A stretch of DNA of 63,818 nt, filler included, from Collodictyon triciliatum (taxonomy: Eukaryota): NCBI GenBank assembly GCA_043381765.1. It is 9 parts of 9 records of this genome, joined end to end, with 100 filler letters (N's around TTAATTAATTAA, not from the genome) between each part and the next. Parts side by side here need not be neighbours in the genome. Positions count along the whole stretch, not along the records: positions 57,839 to 63,818 come from JBHJMP010004113.1; 8 more parts are not named here. One strand, 5' to 3'. The first letter of the stretch is position 1. Each line of letters opens with the position of its first letter. Of this stretch, positions 57,965 through 63,818 are shown piece by piece. The position numbers and the translations under genes were made by a program. The notes beneath the pieces were generated by a model that was not told the origin of the DNA, ran no database searches, and worked only from the letters and a program-made list of their open reading frames with translations.

Positions 57965-59325
57965 ACACGAAAAAGCCCTGGAATACCACCACAAATCACT
58001 TGAAATTAAGCTGAAAGTATTTGGAGAAATACACCCAAATGTCGCCAATTCGTATGGAAATGTTGGAATAGTTTATCGCCAACTTGGAAAGTATGTTTTA
58101 TTTGACTACGCATTATGTTTATGGCTTAATTAACTCATTATTTAATAGACATGAGGAAGCTCTAGAATACTACCACAAATCACTAGAAATTCGACTCAAA
58201 TTGTATGGGGAATTGCACCCTGATGTTGCCAATTCATACATGGTAATCGGAATCGTTTACAAGAATATTGGAAAGTATATTTATTTGACTATGTATTGTT
58301 GTTTATCCCTTCATTAACTTATTATTTAATAGGCCAGAACTAGCACTGAATTTACACCTCAAATCACTTGAAATTCGACTGAGAGTTTTTGGAGAGATAC
58401 ATCCTGATGTTGCAAAGTCCTATGGAAATATTGGAATTGTTTATCATCAACTTGGAAAGTATATTTTATTTGATTATGAATTGTATTTTTTCATTCGTTG
58501 TCTTATCATTTCAACAGGTATGAAAAAGCTCTTGAAAACTACCACAAAGACGTTCAAATTACACTGAAAGTGTTTGGAGAAATGCACCCTGATGTTGCCG
58601 CTTCATATAATAATATTGGAATGGTTTACAAGAATCTTGGAAAGTATATTTTATTTGATTGTGCATGTGTGTTTAATATTTTCATGAAATAATTATTTAA
58701 TAGGTATAACGATGCCCTGGAATACTACCACAAATCACTTGAAATTCAACTGAAAGTGTTTGGAGAGATACACCCTGATATTGCTGGGTCGTACAATAAT
58801 ATGGGAAATGTTTACAAGAATATTGGAAAGTATGCTTGATTTGATTATATATGAATACCAGTTCATTAACTTATTATTGATTAGCCATGACAAAGCCCTG
58901 GAATACTATCACAAATCACTTCGAATTAAATTGAAAGTGTTTGGAGAGACACACCCCGATATTGCTGGGTCGTACAATAATATGGGAAATATTTACAAAA
59001 ATATTGGAAAGTATTTTCTGTACTATTATCACATTTTATTTTCTCCTTAATTGACTGATTATTAAATAGACATGAAAAAGCCCTGGAATACTATCAAAAA
59101 TCAATTGAAATCCGAATGGAAGTGCATAGAGAACTGCACCCTGATGTTGGGAATACATACTTCAATGTTGGCAATCTACTTATGAGCCAGGAGAAATACT
59201 ATGAAGCCTTCGACATGTACCAAAAAGCCAACACGATCTTCAAGACCGCCTATGGCGCAGACCATCCTCATGCAAAGCTTTCAGAAAAGCGAATGATGAG
59301 TGTACAGATGAAACTGACCCAATAA
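57965..59325 (+). CDS. TPR (42-aa, kinesin-light-chain/TPR_12-type) repeat protein, 3' part; one repeat per exon
   Basis: Exons 57965-58090, 58149-58274, 58333-58458, 58518-58643, 58704-58829, 58885-59010 (126 nt each) and 59070-59325. Consensus HEKALEYYHKSLEIxLKVFGExHPDVAxSYxNxGxVYKNxGK. Confidence 0.95.
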
Positions 59326-59783
59326 GTGGCTCGTCTGTTATCCACCCCACCCATCTAAACAACCAACCCCATCCCCATAATTATTTCCACAAAAACAAGT
59401 AAAAGTAAGCATTATCACGATGGCTGTCAAACTGAATGAATGCAGACCATTGCTAGCTTGTTTGCAGAGGCTGGATGAAAAGAACAAAAAATTTTACTTA
59501 ACCTTACCAGCAAATGCCGATAAGCGTGACACATCTCCTGTTTGTTTGAGAATCGACCTTGAATATGAAACGCAGCTTGAAAGAATAGTGGCGTGTTGAT
59601 TATCAATCTGCTGCTGAGACTATATACTTCCAGTTGATTTTTCATAAATTTTTTTTACTTGGTTAAAAGTCGCAATGTCAGCTTCATGAACACAATTTCT
59701 TTTTCTTTTATTTTTTTCTTTTTTTACGTATAATGGTGTGCTGTAACGCTACTTGCATCGCTTTGTGTGCCTTCATCCTGTCT

Positions 59784-59992
59784 TTTTTTTTTTTTATTGT
59801 TCCTTTCAATTTGCGCGACATAGTAAAGGAATTGGCTTTGGTTCTCCAACCATCGTTTGCATGGAAGCTACTTGGTCACTGAATGGCCAAAGAAGTAGGC
59901 AGTAATCAGGTCTTAAATCCTTTGTATTGGCCTGTAGCCTGAGTTTCGTGCTTATATGAGAGAGGAAAGGTGAGATTTTATCTCTTGGTTTT
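59784..59992 (-). mobile_element. Diverged third copy of the retrotransposon 3' end including the last ORF2 codons
   Basis: Reverse complement reads NQEIKSHLSSLI* (cf. DKEIKPRLVSLM*), then GCACGAAACTCAGGCTACAGGCC..CCTGATTAC..CTACTT..CCAAGTAG, then an A-rich tail. Confidence 0.8.
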
Positions 59993-61295
59993 TTTTATTC
60001 ATGGGAGATTTATTCTATACCAGGTTTCTATACATGCTTTGCTTCATGTGTATGTATCCCTGGGAATTAAGCATGCTGGTCTAATCTCAGTTTGTGGTGC
60101 ACAGCCAGCTTTATATCCTTCGCAGGTATCGGTGTTCAGTGATTCATTATATCCAACAGCACATATATTTGGTGGCATGCCTCATCGAGAGGTAAAGCTG
60201 TTCATTTATTTGAAAATTATTTGCATCCCTGCATATGTGTTTCTCTGTCTTTTACGAGTAATTTCTTTTCTCTCTATGTCACCCTCGCTATTTATATTTC
60301 TTCTTATTTATTTGACTTTTTTCTTTTATTTTTGTTTACTAATCACAATATCTGCACTCGCAAGAGCAAAGTTAACTACTTGTCTTCCTGACTGGGTTTC
60401 TTCCACAGCTCACACAGTTGTCTCCTCACAAACCTTTGCCAAAAACTAATGTACTATACTTAATCCCCCAGAATCATATGTCATTTGAAATATCTCATCA
60501 AAATGTGAATAACATTCTGATAATGCATGAGAGATTGGTTTTCTTGCACAAGTTCTTTATGCTAAATAGATTATTTGGTGAAGTGCAAGTCTTGATGCTC
60601 TATTTGAACGGCAATATCGAGGCTGTCCTCTACCCATTTGCCTCTATTTTTTTATTTATTTATTTTTTTTGCTTGGAACAGAAACAGATTTTTTTTTTAA
60701 TATTCGATCAGAGCAAGCATCACTTTCTTTCCTGATAATTGTGTATTAATATGAGATGTAAAGTGGAACGAATTCCCAGAAAAAAATAACTGTACATTCT
60801 CATTATCGTAATTGTGTCCGTAAGGATTGCGAATAAATACTGATTTTTTTACATTATTAAATTTGTCCCTCTATAATTTAGTGTGCATATGTCTTCATTT
60901 TATGTATATTTTTTTTTTCATCGTCGTGTTTCCCCTTTTTACTACCATATGTATTGAGCATTCAGCTATGATTGTCACAGATGATTACTTTAACCTCGTC
61001 GTGCTTTTTTAGATGGCTTCTGGTGAGTTAGTCTCTTTCTAATTATTGTCTTGCCTGATAACCTTCTTTTATCGCCTTCCACCACGATTTGGCTCCTTTT
61101 TTTTCATATTCATACCTTTCATACCTGTTAAAATAAGGCCTTACATAATCTAACAATTAAGCAAAATATAGTAAATGAATCTTTGATAAATATAGAAGCT
61201 ACAAGCTGTTCCCTATATGATGACAATCGCTACACCTTTCATGTCATTCTCTATCTTTTTTTCTTAACAAAAAATAATAAATATGGATACATAAT

Positions 61296-61391
61296 ACATA
61301 CATACATACATACATACATACATACATACATACATACATACATACATACATACATACATACATACATACATACATACATACATACATACAC

Positions 61392-61442
<51 letters not shown>

Positions 61443-61456
61443 GAGATAGATGATAG
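61296..61456 (+). repeat. Compound (TACA)n/(GATA)n microsatellite
   Basis: Tandem tetranucleotides. (TACA)n also opens the scaffolds at 14476 and 21711. Confidence 0.95.
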
Positions 61457-63818
61457 ACAATGGATATAGGTTATTTTTCATAATATTTCAATCTTTATTT
61501 TCATTTTTTACATGTTTTTACATTCAAATTTTATATATGAATGAATTAAGTAAATTTTCACCGGGCGTGAGTCCTGTTCGTTGCCCAGCAAGAGGTTGTC
61601 AGCTTGTGTACTCAAATTTAAAAAAAAAAAGATTGGTAAAGAAAACCATTCACCTTATCGGTTCTACCTTTAAGAGAATACAGTTGTGCTCTACGATGAT
61701 TCGTGTTTAAAGTCAAGACTAACAGCATATGCAATTTAACACAGTATTTCAAAAAATGAGGATATTGAAAGAAAAAGCGGAATGCTTTATTTATTAAAAA
61801 TATTCGAATAAAAAATTATGCATAAAAAGATGCTATGAAGTGAACCTTTCCTATCTGCCTAATAATCATACGAATAGTCGACTAGGGCATATACCTTCTC
61901 ACGATATCATCAGACTTGGCATTAAACCTAAACAAAACAAAACAATTGACTTATGACTATATACCTGGCATTTAGGACATATGTATAAAAGGAGAAAAGG
62001 TTATGCCTCTTCTATTGCGTCTAATACAATCTATTGAAGTGTTTCTCAATCCACCCATATCATTTCTTATATCCCCCACTTATAACTCAAATAACCAAGA
62101 AAAGTATTCCACTATTTTTTTGATTTGTTTTTCTTGTCATATGCCTATAACTTTTAATACACAGCCAACCGGAGGAAGCAAAACGAAAAAAAAAAGTTAC
62201 GTTCGTGCGATTCCTGCTCATCAATTAATGATAAAAAGACTGGTCAAGTGTGTTTTGCTTGTGTCGAGAATACTCATCGCGACTCTTCTTTTCGAGTTTA
62301 TGTTGATTAATAAAGGCTTTTCTGTCGATCTGCTTCGGCCTTTATGTTCTCGTCTGGGTGGTATTGAAGCTGAACGCCGCTGACTTGATTGACCGCATAT
62401 CATTTGTCATATATAATTGTACAGAAGATATTCTCCTACCACGGCGGACTGGCAATAAAGACAACTCTATGGATTGACCTTGCCTATTGTTTCCTCCGCA
62501 CGACACAACACCAAACACAAAACAATCGTGATTAGACAAAGGATTCGTATGTATATATATGTATCCTTTTTTTGCTTTTAATGACCTGCATATTGTGTTT
62601 TGATTGTGTTTTGATTGTTTGTTTGTTTTTTTATACTATTAGATGATTAAATATGAGTATTATAGCTTTTCAGACATGATGTAATATCTCGACATATTCC
62701 TCCTATTAACCATGTCACTATCGTATATTCACAAATATGATAATTATAGAGGTGTACCATTCACCGATCATTGATACCAGAGAAGGCTGGAGTAAAACAC
62801 ATTACCTAGCATGTTACAAACTGCCGCCCGCCGCTGCTCTTACAATTATGTAACGGCATCGCATAAGGATATATATCTGTGATATACCCCTAGTCGGCTA
62901 CATCTGTGAGCATATTATTGGGATATCTTAATAGATTAATTTTCAAATAAAAAGGACATTTTTGTTTATGGAAACAATTTCATTCTGCTGAATAATTATA
63001 TTCCACAGTCGCTCTTTTAAAACATGTAATTAAGTGAGCACAACTGCTCGCAGTGAAGCTCAAATAAACTGAGGTAGTTGGCCTAGCATGTTTGACTTTC
63101 ACCAAAGATTTTGGTATTTTCAAGTGGTACTATTCACGACAATCATTCTCTCATTCAATATTGTCGACTTAAGCGTAAGTCTATTTTGGATGAATAAGGC
63201 GATAGCAATTATTTCTTAAAGTTTAATCATGTCCCTCATCATTCAAGTATTGATGCGTATTTGTTATGTTCTGGTATGTGCATTAGAATATGGCCAAATG
63301 AATAGATTTACCCTAGATAAAGTGTAAATATGTTGAGCAAACTAAGTTATTTTTTACCTTATAATCAAACAGCAGTAATTAAACGAATAAATACCATGGT
63401 GGAGCACAAAGAAATCGAAAGATTAAGCAAGACAAAAATACCAAATTATGTATTCTAGTAAAAATAAAAAAACATAAAATGCATGGATCATTTAAACATA
63501 GACATAAAAAAATCTTGTCTGCAACATAAAATACCCACTGATAATAGCAATAAGACATTTCCATTGCCGTCAGAATACTAACGAGTCATACTTGCTCAAG
63601 CATAAATATATCAGGGCCAAATACTACAATAAAAAAATCATCAAAAATATTTATCCGCACTGCATGAACGTTTTCATTCTCTAATCTAGACATTTTGCTT
63701 TTTGAAGCTTAAAAACATCTCTCTTTTTTCTTTCTTTTTTTTTTTTTTTTTTTTTTATTTCTATTATTTTTTTTTTTTTAAAAAATTTTTTTTTACCCTT
63801 TTTTCCTTTCGGACAAAA

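Noticed and set aside
57965-59070. ~184-nt periodicity resembling a CRISPR-like repeat/spacer array
   Set aside because: Fully explained by TPR exons and GT-AG introns; no cas genes.
62003-62540. Short ORFs or a possible transposase remnant
   Set aside because: No recognisable motif or consistent splice structure.

Overview
Eukaryotic draft-genome sequence, most likely a protist. It is AT-rich, intron-rich and microsatellite-rich. It is not one locus: nine unrelated scaffolds of about 7.1 kb are joined by ~100-nt artificial linkers (N-run, TTAATTAATTAA, N-run) near 7.19, 14.43, 21.66, 28.89, 36.11, 43.34, 50.57 and 57.79 kb, so gene neighbourhood across linkers means nothing. Manual GT-AG splicing with the standard code gives the following genes: UFD1; a protist-type P2X receptor; a Cdc24-OB-fold protein; a Myb/SANT-like protein; a large Gly-rich/Cys-rich membrane protein of the At5g11700 type; a multipass TRP/FLC-like protein with an (SQ)n tract and a C-terminal SAM-like domain; PIP5K; GDP-L-fucose synthase; an RNI-like LRR protein; a B-box/coiled-coil/NHL protein head-to-head with a mitochondrion-targeted RlmN in a GC-rich island; Sec16; and a TPR gene. 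Fragments of an L1-like non-LTR retrotransposon with a conserved structured 3' tail occur in several scaffolds. The most notable structure is the TPR gene: identical-length 126-nt, phase-2 exons each encode one 42-aa repeat, with homologous introns and variable ligand-face residues, which resembles an exon-shuffling receptor cassette. All family calls come from motif recognition by eye, not database searches.
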